From NCBI RefSeq assembly GCF_001194135.2, contig NC_068996.1, positions 48,472,570 to 48,509,394 on the forward strand: a stretch of 36,825 bases of DNA. The letters run 5' to 3'. The stretch is from Octopus bimaculoides. Its lineage: Eukaryota. The notes beneath the pieces are model-generated. The model saw only the letters and a list, made by a program, of their open reading frames with translations, ran no database searches and had not been told where the DNA came from. Positions 1 to 10,085 of the stretch are shown here, one piece after another; the first letter of the stretch is position 1; each line of letters opens with the position of its first letter. The translations under genes and the position numbers were made by a program.

Positions 1-94
1 ATATATAACACAAAGAATATATATACATGTATACACACATATATGTACATACTTACATCTACATGTGTATATACATGCATATCAGGGTACAGGA

Positions 95-208
95 CGTTAG
101 AACAATAAACTACAGACAACGGAACGAACATATAGGAAAACGGAAAGCCACTTGGAATATCCCTTCATCAGCTGTCTCTATTCTATCTAGACGTTTCGAA
201 GATAAGAC
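95..208 (-). repeat. Penelope-like terminal-repeat remnant with permuted hammerhead core words
   Basis: Minus strand reads TATCTTC-GAAACGTC-18 nt-CTGATGA-AGGGATA. These core words are typical of PLE pseudo-LTRs, but no clean stem I forms. Flanked by TA microsatellites. Confidence 0.4.
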
Positions 209-496
209 AATATATATATATATATATAATTTATATATCATTGCAATACAAAAGTACCACTTTCCAACCAAATAAGGCACCATAAAGATAGAATTATATA
301 TAAGAAACAGTGGTACAAGGTACCAATGTTTGCTGGAAATAGCAGTCGATCACATTAAGACACTATGTAAACTATTGTATTGCAATGACATTTAAAATCT
401 TTATAGAAAACTTTTTCACTGATCATGGTTCTGTTAACGTCTAGGCATTCAGCTGAATATATGATATAGTGATATTTTAAAATTTCATCACAGGTG

Positions 497-572
497 AATC
501 TAGCTGATGAGGACTAATCAAATTTACAGTAGCAACCACATTTTGGCAAGTCTGAAATTTGGGTCCTAGATT
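497..572 (+). ncRNA. Type I hammerhead ribozyme (possibly degenerate, dimer-type stem III)
   Basis: Stem I AATCTAG (497-503) pairs perfectly with CTAGATT (566-572). CTGATGA at 504-510; stem II GGACT (511-515)/AGTCT (549-553); GAAA at 554-557; GUC cleavage triplet at 563-565. Confidence 0.7.
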
Positions 573-770
573 ATCCATTCTGGGTAGTCCATTTTTACGA
601 TGTTCTGCCTAGAGGTAAGATGAGCATTTTTTATGTTCACTGCCCACATATAGCTTTGCCAGTATATGTATTTTTTTGAGAATTTACATAGCATTGTATT
701 TTTATCAACTGCTATTTCCAGCAAACATTGATGCATTGTTGTACCACAATTTCTAATATATATATATACA

Positions 771-880
771 TAGCTCGAAACGTCAAAGACTTTCCGTATT
801 CCCGAGCGTCATACTAATATATACTTTTGTTATTTACACCACCTGTCCTCGTCTGTTGTTATTTTTTGTATATTCTCCCA
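771..880 (+). repeat. Penelope-like pseudo-LTR fragment (3' half of a hammerhead)
   Basis: GCTC-GAAACGTC motif directly after a (TA)n run. The CTGATGA half is absent. The fragment runs into the gap. Confidence 0.4.
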
Positions 881-888
881 TATATATA

Positions 889-1823
889 NNNNNNNNNNNN
901 NNNNNNNNNNNNNNNNNNNNNNNNNNNNNNNNNNNNNNNNNNNNNNNNNNNNNNNNNNNNNNNNNNNNNNNNNNNNNNNNNNNNNNNNNNNNNNNNNNNN
1001 NNNNNNNNNNNNNNNNNNNNNNNNNNNNNNNNNNNNNNNNNNNNNNNNNNNNNNNNNNNNNNNNNNNNNNNNNNNNNNNNNNNNNNNNNNNNNNNNNNNN
1101 NNNNNNNNNNNNNNNNNNNNNNNNNNNNNNNNNNNNNNNNNNNNNNNNNNNNNNNNNNNNNNNNNNNNNNNNNNNNNNNNNNNNNNNNNNNNNNNNNNNN
1201 NNNNNNNNNNNNNNNNNNNNNNNNNNNNNNNNNNNNNNNNNNNNNNNNNNNNNNNNNNNNNNNNNNNNNNNNNNNNNNNNNNNNNNNNNNNNNNNNNNNN
1301 NNNNNNNNNNNNNNNNNNNNNNNNNNNNNNNNNNNNNNNNNNNNNNNNNNNNNNNNNNNNNNNNNNNNNNNNNNNNNNNNNNNNNNNNNNNNNNNNNNNN
1401 NNNNNNNNNNNNNNNNNNNNNNNNNNNNNNNNNNNNNNNNNNNNNNNNNNNNNNNNNNNNNNNNNNNNNNNNNNNNNNNNNNNNNNNNNNNNNNNNNNNN
1501 NNNNNNNNNNNNNNNNNNNNNNNNNNNNNNNNNNNNNNNNNNNNNNNNNNNNNNNNNNNNNNNNNNNNNNNNNNNNNNNNNNNNNNNNNNNNNNNNNNNN
1601 NNNNNNNNNNNNNNNNNNNNNNNNNNNNNNNNNNNNNNNNNNNNNNNNNNNNNNNNNNNNNNNNNNNNNNNNNNNNNNNNNNNNNNNNNNNNNNNNNNNN
1701 NNNNNNNNNNNNNNNNNNNNNNNNNNNNNNNNNNNNNNNNNNNNNNNNNNNNNNNNNNNNNNNNNNNNNNNNNNNNNNNNNNNNNNNNNNNNNNNNNNNN
1801 NNNNNNNNNNNNNNNNNNNNNNN
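889..1823. other. Assembly gap (N run)
   Basis: Run of N. Confidence 1.
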
Positions 1824-1939
1824 AAGCAAATTAACACCAAATATAAAGTGCGTGTGTTTTTATTGGCTAAACTGGCAATATGACCATCCCCAAGTACAAC
1901 AACAAATATATATATATATATATTGGTTGAGAATATATG

Positions 1940-3486
1940 TTTCTTTATTGGCCACACAGGCATGAATACAGAGGGGACAAAATACAAAATAGAGCTTTAC
2001 TTTTTGGGAAGGAAAGAAAAAAAAAGGGGTGGGGTAGAATTTTGATCAAAAGGGATCATGGTAGAAAAAAAAAAAACGATCAATAAGGATTGTGTATTAC
2101 AGAAGGATCATAGTGTAAGATGGGAAACAGATTAGGTTTATCTGTGGAAAGAAAAGCCTATGGAAAAGACCACGGTAACTTCGTGCAATAATGCAATAAT
2201 GTCATACAAAAAAACGCATTACAGTAAGCGACTCTTTCTCCTTCCTTTTTTTTTTTTTGTTCATAGGATTATGCTCAAGGTGGCTCCGTCATTCACATGT
2301 GCCATCCTTGCTACATTTACCCATCTTTTATTGAAGCATTCACTAGACAAAACTTCCCTTTCTACTCTCACCTTCTTCTTCGAGTGATACTTGAAGAAGT
2401 TGATGAGAGATTCACGAGAGAGGAAAATGTTTGTCTCTAGACCTTTGAGACACGTCCACCATACACATTCTTTCGCCATAGTCACAAGTACGATGTAAAA
2501 GCCTCTTCCTTCCCGTTTAACGGAAGGAGGCATGACGATATTGACGATAGACTCAGTTGATAAACTGACTCGTCCCACGCGTGACAGCAGTCGTTCGGCA
2601 TAAGCCCACAGGTCGGAAATAGTTGGACACTGCACGAGTGCGTGCAGAATGGTTTCGTCGCTCTGACCACATTTCGGGCAGGTCGGCCCAGTGTTTCTCG
2701 AGTCATACCTGTAGAGCTTATCCCAAATGGGTAGAACTTCTTGATAGCACTGCCAGGCCAGGGATCTCTGGAAGTTGTCCATAGGTCCTGGCTCGAAAGT
2801 TGTCTTGAACAGGTGGGTCAGGTATTCCACGTTGACGCCCAGGTTTGCCCCGAGATCATTGTTGTACCTCCCCTCCACTAATCCCCTATAGAATGCTTTG
2901 GTTGTGTTGAAGCTGCTCAAGGTCAACCCGGGACGGCATTGTTGCTTGAGAGCAATGCGACACTTGCATTGCCATTCACCCTTCCTTGGCCTCTTTTTTG
3001 ATCCATGACTGCAGTTTGGTCATGGAGATGAGCTGCGGGAAATTGCGCCTCACAAACGGTGACCACACCTGTTCACCGTCGTCTACATAGAGCCGTAGAT
3101 GTCACAGTGTCAGCGCGTGTCTGCACATCATCAACCATGGCATGCCCAGCCCTCCTTTTAAAAGGTGTTGGCAGCAAACGGATTGCCAGACCATCGGAAT
3201 ACATCCTTTCTACAAGAAGCAGAAGAGAATGTGTTCTAGTTTGGTGATGGTAGGGTCAGGACAAGGCACAATGGTCTGGTGGTAGTAGATGACAGAAGCA
3301 ATGTACATGTTCATTACCTCCATTTGACCTTTAAGGGACAGCTTCCTCTTGGCCCATTGCCAGGCGAGAGTGACCACCCTATTCGTTATCTCATTCCAGT
3401 TCTTCTCCATCTGGAGGTCCAGACCAAACCAGACCCCCAAGCAACTCGACCGGACCGTCAGTCCAACGTCCCATCATGGAGGCGCT
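1940..3486 (-). mobile_element. 5'-truncated Tx1/L1-group LINE (ORF2 C-terminus plus 3' UTR), disrupted
   Basis: GRWTDGPVELLGVWFG...RKLSLKG and a zf-RVT-like CPKCGQSDETILHALVQC in ORFs 3210-3440 and 2261-2926, with frameshifts and stops between them. T-rich 3' UTR ends in AATAAAGAAA. Confidence 0.85.
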
Positions 3487-3549
3487 GAAATCGAACTCGG
3501 AATCTTGGGGTTTAGTAGCCCGTGCTCTTAACCACTATGCCATATACCC
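3487..3549 (-). repeat. tRNA-like (Arg-like) SINE head / Pol III promoter cassette
   Basis: A-box TGGCATAGTGG, CTACTAA loop and B-box GAGTTCGATTTC. Same family as 21411-21472 and 23863-23909. Confidence 0.75.
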
Positions 3550-3847
3550 GTGGGTATATCAGAACTGAAGTTGGTAAAATATTGAAAGAGATCGTTCATG
3601 ACACCCTAAATGTTATACAGAAGGCAACTAATATTGTTTAAGGAAAATGTTAAGAGATTAATGCCTGGACATGCATACTGACAGAAATCAATACAACAAG
3701 GAAATGTAAAATAGTTTTTTAACAGGAAGATCAATAGCTTCTTGATTATCATTGTGTGTTTGACACTTTCCTCAAAGAATATACAAAGAAATTCTACATA
3801 ATTATAATATAATCTTAAAATGTTGATGAAACAAGATTAAAATAATT

Positions 3848-4227
3848 CATGGTTCTGGGTTCAGTCCCACTCTGTGGCACCTTGGGCAAGTGTCTTCTAC
3901 TATAGCCTCGGGCCGACCAAAGCCTTGTGAGTGGATTTGGTAGACGGAAACTGAAAGAAGCCCGTCGTATATATGTATATATATATATATGTATATATGT
4001 ATGTATGTGTGTATGTGTGTGCATGTGTTTGTCCCCACACCCAACATCACTTGACAACCGATGCTGGTGTGTTTACATCCCCATAACTTAGCGGTTCGGC
4101 AAAAGAGACTGATAGAATAAGTACTAGGCTTACAACGAATAAGTCTTGGGGTCGATTTGCTGGACTGAAGGTGGTGCTCCAGCATGGCCACAGTCAAATG
4201 ACTGAAACCAGTAAAGGAGTAAAAGAG
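3848..4227 (+). mobile_element. SINE family A copy (5'-truncated, internal TA/TG microsatellite)
   Basis: High similarity to copies at 12172, 14051, 17655, 31681 and 35545. B-box-like GGTTCAGTCC; GTAAAAGA tail. Confidence 0.85.
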
Positions 4228-4251
4228 TAATACTCTGTAATGGTACATCAT

Positions 4252-4500
4252 TTATTTCATTCGTTTCAGTCATTGGAGTGTGGCCATGCTGGGGCACTGC
4301 CTTGAAAGGGTTTTAGTTGAACAAATTGACTCTTGTACTTATCTTTTTTAAGCCTAGTACTTATTCTGTCAGTCTCTTTGGGACAAACCATTTAGCTATG
4401 CGGTTGTAAACAAACTAACACCGTCTGTCAAACATTGGTAGAGGACAAACACAAATACAAAGACATACATATATACATACATGTATACATCTGTACATAT
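4252..4500 (-). mobile_element. SINE family A 3' half, inverted
   Basis: Reverse complement of the family A 3' region (CAGCATGGCCAC...ACTGAAAC). Confidence 0.7.
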
Positions 4501-4509
4501 ATATAAATA

Positions 4510-4511
<2 letters not shown>

Positions 4512-4552
<41 letters not shown>
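4512..4552. repeat. (GT)n microsatellite
   Basis: Pure dinucleotide run. Confidence 0.95.
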
Positions 4553-4557
<5 letters not shown>

Positions 4558-5159
4558 GGAGGGAGAGAAAGAAAAGAATGTACATCTCAATATAGGTTGC
4601 TTATTAGTGACTTCAGACTTTGAGTTAGATTGATTCCAAGATGCAGACCAGTTTGGAAAAGAAGGATTGGAAAGTTTCAGAATCTTTCAGGGGAAATAAC
4701 TTATATTATTTTTTCCCTGTTTCAAATCTCACCCAAGTCAGCTTTGCTTTTTCATCCTTCTGGGTCAATTAATAAAATGCGAATTTAAAGTAATGGAGTA
4801 GTGGAATCATTCATGAGTGCCCTGGTTGAGATTGCTGAGTGATATTTACTCAGGCCCTTTGCATTGTGGGTTCAAATCCCAATGTGGCCTACAAGGGCAC
4901 CAGACTATCCATTTCTCAGTTTACTACCACTCCTTTGGATGCATTTAGTAAAGTCCAGTCAGTTGGAAGCATTCAAGCTAGGTCTCTAGTTTGAGTGTAC
5001 TTTCATTCCTTCCTCCCCACCTGCCTGTCTTTGAATTCCTGTAAAGGGATACAGGCACCTCTTTTTCTCATCACTACGCAATAAAAAAAAAAAATCTGGA
5101 TGAAATTTAATGCCAAATGTCTTGAATTCATAAATATTATAGAGAGTTATACAGTAGTA

Positions 5160-5493
5160 TGTGAAGGTGCATGGCTCAGTGGTTAGAGTGTCGAGCTTAC
5201 GATCATGTAGTAGTGAGTTTGATTCCCGGACTGGGCTGTGTATTGTGTTCTTGAGCAAGACACTTTATTTCATGTTGCTTCACTCATCTGTAGAAATGAG
5301 TTCCGACATCACTGGTGCCAAGATGTATATGCCTTTGCCTTTCCCTTGGATAACAACGATGACGTTGAGAGGGAAGGCTGGTATGGGAGGGGGTACTGCT
5401 GATCTTCCGTGAACAAACTTGCCCAGGCTTGTGACTCAGAGGGGAACTTTCTAAGTGCAATCCTATGCTCATTCATGACCCAAGGTGGGGTCA
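5160..5493 (+). mobile_element. tRNA-derived SINE family D
   Basis: A-box TGGCTCAGTGG and B-box GAGTTTGATTCC. The body matches 9246-9553. Confidence 0.8.
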
Positions 5494-5739
5494 CTCTACA
5501 GTAGTATCTTAACTCCCTTTCCCTGCAACCAGATAAAAACCAAGAAATGCAGAGAATTGATGTATAAACTCATCTGTAACCATTTTGGAAATTATATGTA
5601 TTGAACAAGCTTTGTCATCGCACTCTGAAAAAGACAAATTGGGTGAAGACAAGTTAACTCGTCTTTGCTGGGTAAGAGGTTAACCTTAACCACAAAAAGT
5701 GTTGTGCCTTATCACAGAATAAATCATAAAATGATAATG

Positions 5740-5910
5740 GTATATGCACAGGCCTTCTCCTGTGGGTAAGTAGTCTGCTTCCCAAGCACATGGTTTCAGG
5801 TTCAGTCTCACTGGTACAACACCCTGGTAAAGTGTTTTCCACTATAGCCCCAAATAAAGTGGATTTGGTGTAAGGAAACTGAAAGAACCCATCATGCCTG
5901 CATAGAAAAT
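5740..5910 (+). mobile_element. SINE family A-like 5' part, diverged
   Basis: GTAAGTAGTCTGCTT...CATGGTTTCAGGTTCAGTC...GGATTTGGT...GAAACTGAAAGAA matches the family A head. Confidence 0.65.
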
Positions 5911-6118
5911 AAATGTTAAATGATGATGATGATATATAAATGGCAATTTCTGTCTGTCTGTTCATCTGTCTGTTACCAACTTAGTTCCTAAAGCACTGAA
6001 CCAATATTCACGAAACTTTGCATATATGTGACACAAACATCTATCAGGTCATCCATTAAGTTCTGCCTGAATTTTGAATAAAGAAAACAAGTGATCAAAT
6101 GTTATATTTAATTGTAAT

Positions 6119-7111
6119 TTAATCATCAATGTACTTTCCCTGATTATCTATGACTTCCTTCTATCTATTTACAAGCTTTTTAATCCCATCAATGTAAAAC
6201 TCTTTTGGTTTCAAAGCGAAGAACTCGGAAATGTCAGTTTCGACCTCCTCCTGGCTTGCGAAAGTTATGTTCTCCAAATGATTCTGTAAACTACGAAACA
6301 AATGGTAGTCTGAAGGAGCNNNNNNNNNNNNNNNNNNNNNNNNNNNNNNNNNNNNNNNNNNNNNNNNNNNNNNNNNNNNNNNNNNNNNNNNNNNNNNNNN
6401 NNNNNNNNNNNNNNNNNNNNNNNNNNNNNNNNNNNNNNNNNNNNNNNNNNNNNNNNNNNNNNNNNNNNNNNNNNNNNNNNNNNNNNNNNNNNNNNNNNNN
6501 NNNNNNNNNNNNNNNNNNNNNNNNNNNNNNNNNNNNNNNNNNNNNNNNNNNNNNNNNNNNNNNNNNNNNNNNNNNNNNNNNNNNNNNNNNNNNNNNNNNN
6601 NNNNNNNNNNNNNNNNNNNNNNNNNNNNNNNNNNNNNNNNNNNNNNNNNNNNNNNNNNNNNNNNNNNNNNNNNNNNNNNNNNNNNNNNNNNNNNNNNNNN
6701 NNNNNNNNNNNNNNNNNNNNNNNNNNNNNNNNNNNNNNNNNNNNNNNNNNNNNNNNNNNNNNNNNNNNNNNNNNNNNNNNNNNNNNNNNNNNNNNNNNNN
6801 NNNNNNNNNNNNNNNNNNNNNNNNNNNNNNNNNNNNNNNNNNNNNNNNNNNNNNNCTGATAATGCAGGATTTTCTTCAAGTAATACCTCAAGGAGCTTAT
6901 CATCAAACTCAACTGGACGTCCTGTTCGATCTTCATCTTCAAGGTTGAAATCTCCACTTCTGTATCTTGCAAACCATCTTCTACAAGTTCTTTCATTCAA
7001 GCATTCTTTCTCATAAACTGAGTGTATGTTTCGAGTCGCTTCGGCTGCAGAGTTTCCTTTTTTGTACTCACAAAGCATTATGTGCCTTAAATGCTCTTTG
7101 GATACTTCCAT
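6119..7111 (-). pseudogene. Mariner transposase with premature stop
   Basis: N-terminal HTH (SKEHLRHIML...CRRWFARYRSGDFNLED) and C-terminal APSDYHLFRSLQNHL. A TAG at 6161-6163 replaces the conserved Trp, and the frame continues KEVIDNQGKYIDD* to 6119. The catalytic core is hidden in the gap. Confidence 0.85.
6320..6855. other. Assembly gap (N run)
   Basis: Run of N. Confidence 1.
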
Positions 7112-7514
7112 GTTAGAAAGGGTTTTAATCAAAGAAATTTTAATTCTATTATTCTGTAAAATAATATTTAATTAGTTTAAATGTATACAAATGCATAAAA
7201 ATAATTTTTACATCCATTAGACATTCTAAAATACAATTAAATTTCATTCAATTTTAAGAAAAGTAAAATCGGACAGAACTTATGGGATGCCCTGATAGTT
7301 CAATAATAAGCTAATTCGATTTCAATAAAAATCTATAATGTGTCCCGAGGGGCATTGGGTGAATAATATATTTAAATGACAAGGTTGCAAAAAATATAAG
7401 TCATAGAGAGGGTGACTTATCAGTGAAGGCAAGAACAATGGTGAGAATGGGATAATAACGTTAATAAAGCTGTCATATACATGTGATGCTGCATACATAC
7501 TTTCGTAAATACAT

Positions 7515-8112
7515 ACTAGTAAGAAACTCACAAGTTGGGAGAGCTTGGTGACAGGGTGAATTGGCGTTGTGAAGAATCTAATTCTTCAAGCTCCACAGAT
7601 CTGGTTACTTTCACCAAATGTCCTTACTCAAACACTTTAAAACATTGCAGTAGAACTCTCAAGTGATTGACCCTGGAGGATAAATTCTTGATACACAATA
7701 CCACATTTCTGGGAGTGATGCTTGTGACAAGTCTTCCAGATTGCTCATCATCTTCCAAGGACATTCTTCCGCTTTTGAAGTCTTCCGTGCCACTTGAAAC
7801 GCTGCATACGACCCATTGCCACATCACCATAAGCTTACTGAAACATGTTCAATGTCATGGTAGCAGACTTCCCAAATTTAACACAAAATTTCACGTTGGT
7901 TATTTTTTTTTTTTGTTCCTGTCCATGACAAAATCACAGACTACAGCATACATGTGATCGCAAAAACCAAATTTCACAACTTGTGAAGTAAACACAGTGA
8001 TGTCACTAGACATACTGTCTCATGAAGGTCACTGCTAGCTCTCACTGTGCATACAACTGTGTGCTGCCATCTGTTGACATGCTATAGAATTATCTCAGGA
8101 ACGTTTTGATAC
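7515..8112 (-). mobile_element. Internally deleted, decayed mariner (irritans-like)
   Basis: Broken-frame peptides NVKFCVKFGKSA, FKSGRMSLEDDEQSGR, GIVYQEF and PDLWSLKN..LH. TIR-like TACAAGATGGTATCAAAA near 8112. Confidence 0.75.
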
Positions 8113-8119
8113 CATCTTG

Positions 8120-8680
8120 TAAAATCCCAAAGCTATGAAAAGAATGTGAATAAATAAGCATTACATTTGACAGAGTAATCTCAATGCTAAAGGGTAGACC
8201 TTTTAGCATTTAATCCAGCCACATCCAACTGAAATATTCTACTTGTTTTGTGTTCAAACCAGCCATATCCAGCCTCTCACACCTACCCTACAATGTCATT
8301 TGAGAATTAAATAATCACATCATTAAAATCTCTCAGCTCCAAGATAATGCATGATTAATTCCATAATGATGTGAATAAACGAATAATTACATTTGACAGA
8401 GTAATCTGAATGCTAAAGGGTTAATACAGAAATAATAGCTCCGGGTTTTACTTCAAGACTGTACACATCTAATGTGCATTTTAACCCGTTAGCATTTAAA
8501 TCAGCCATACCTAGCTCAAATATTCTACTTGTTTTATGATCAAACTGGCTGGATCCAACCTCTCACACCTACCCTAACATGCCACTGAAATCACAAAGCT
8601 AAAGATAATGCATGATTTATACAAAACGATGCGGATAAATAAGTATTAAATCTAAGAAATCCAAATGCTGAAGGATTAAT
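8120..8680. mobile_element. Cluster of three MITE copies with TTAA-CCCTTTAG-type ends (piggyBac-like)
   Basis: Ends AATGCTAAAGGGTTAA (8409-8424) and TTAACCCGTTAGCATT (8481). The same family occurs at 24680-25130 and 32150-32372. Confidence 0.7.
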
Positions 8681-8709
8681 GTAGAGAAATAAATAAAGAA
8701 AATTCCATA

Positions 8710-8883
8710 CTAATCTATATTGGTATCAACCTCTGGAATTGTTACTTCAATTGGTGTTGGAATTTGTTTATATTTCTTTCTGATATTCTTAGATTCTGGA
8801 CGTTTTTTTGAACTTTGGTTGTTCTCTTTTGGCACAAAATTAATGTGAATATTTATGTCTCCTACAGGTTTTGATATTGTTGT
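8710..8883 (-). CDS. Host gene terminal coding exon (TTISKPVGDINIHINFVPKE...IPEVDTNID*)
   Basis: Long polypyrimidine tract plus TTTTAG acceptor; 57 open codons ending in TAG; phase 0 matches the upstream exon. Confidence 0.7.
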   Translation of the reverse strand, partial: TTISKPVGDINIHINFVPKENNQSSKKRPESKNIRKKYKQIPTPIEVTIPEVDTNID

Positions 8884-9107
8884 CTAAAATTTAAAAAAAT
8901 GAAAAGAAAAGAAAAAAAAAATGGTAGATAAAGGTTTTCAAAAAAGAAAAAAAGAATTCTAAGCAGTTTGAGCTGAATTCTTTGGCTTTCATCATAAGTA
9001 CAACCAATTTTTCCATACTGGCAAGGAATAGACGAGACTCTTTGAGGTAGAACTGTACAGTCAAAATGCTCTTCCTGGTACTCATATGGTATCAATTCAA
9101 GGAGACA

Positions 9108-9235
9108 AACACACTCATGCGCGCGCGCGCACACACACACACAAACGCACACACACACACACACACACACCACACACACACACACGCACACACACACACA
9201 AATGCACATATGTACTCCTACACATACATACATAT
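9108..9235. repeat. (CA)n/(CG)n microsatellite
   Basis: Imperfect dinucleotide run. Confidence 0.9.
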
Positions 9236-9245
9236 AATATATAGA

Positions 9246-9553
9246 ACGTTGGGCTCAGAATCATGAGGTGATGAGTACAATTCTCAGACTGGGCTGTGTG
9301 TTGTATTCTTGAACAAGGTACCTTTGTTTTGTTCCAGTTCATTCAGCTATAGAAATGAGTTGTGACATCGCTGGTCCCACACTGTATCGGCTTTTGCTTT
9401 TCCCTTGGATAACATCGGTGGCTTGAAGAGGGGAGGCTGATATGCATGGGTGACTGCTGGTCTTCCATAAACAACCTTGCCCGGACTTGTGTCACAGAGG
9501 ACAACTTTCTAGGTGCTATGCTTTGGTCATTCATGACCGAGGGGGCGGGAGCG
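9246..9553 (+). mobile_element. SINE family D copy
   Basis: Matches the body of 5160-5493. Confidence 0.75.
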
Positions 9554-9654
9554 ATACCTTTTTTAAATACACACACACACACACACACAGACACACACAC
9601 ACACGTGCACACACACGTGCACACACACGTGCAGGTGTATGTGTGTTTGTGCAT

Positions 9655-10085
9655 CATTATCACTATCATTGTTTAACGTCCTCTTTCCATGCTGGCATGG
9701 GTTGGACAGTTTGACAGGAGCTGGCCAGGCAGAAGCCTGCACTAGACTTCTGTGTCTGTTTTGGCAGGATTTTTATGGCTGGATGCCCTTCCCAACACCA
9801 ACCACCCCAAAGAGTGGACAATGATTTTTATGTGGCACCAGCTCAGTGGAGGTCAGCTCTGGCATGGTTTTTACAGCTGGATGCCCTTCCAAATGCCAAG
9901 CACATCATCATTGTCATCATTTAACATCCATACCCCATACTGACATGGGTTGGATAGTTTGACTGGATCCAGTGGGTCTAAGGACTGCATCGAACTTCTA
10001 TGTTTGCTTTGACATGGTTTCTATGGCTGGATGCCCTTCATAATGCCAACCACTTTTACAGTGTGTACAAGGTGCCACTGGTACT
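9655..10085 (-). mobile_element. Tandem fragments of repeat family B (SINE/RTE-type tail ending in (GAT)n)
   Basis: Repeated CATCAT...TTTAACGTCC...CATGGGTTGGA...GCTGGATGCCCTTCC modules. Strand is inferred from the GAT tail. Confidence 0.75.

Larger units (their letters stand above)
6044..7295 (-). mobile_element. Full-length mariner transposon (about 1.25 kb, middle in gap)
   Basis: About 30-bp imperfect TIRs (TCAGGTCATCCATTAAGTTCTG at 6044; reverse complement ending 7295) with TA on both flanks (6042-6043, 7296-7297). Transposase ORF lies inside. Confidence 0.92.

Noticed and set aside
494-615. Apparent plus-strand exon (CAG|...|GTAAG)
   Set aside because: All three frames contain stops. 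The region is better explained by the hammerhead fold.
827-1987. Long ORFs spanning N runs (also 6205-6996 alternate frames, 19142-20740, 32344-33266)
   Set aside because: Their length comes from N codons and microsatellites, so they are not evidence of genes.
3487-3549. Functional tRNA gene
   Set aside because: No acceptor stem can form and the anticodon stem is only 3 bp, so it is a tRNA-derived repeat head.
8960-9100. Possible extra minus-strand exon (EEHFDCTVLPQRVSS... or FYLKESRLFL...)
   Set aside because: Splice sites are weak and ambiguous, and the 13420-13464 exon already joins 8883 in phase.
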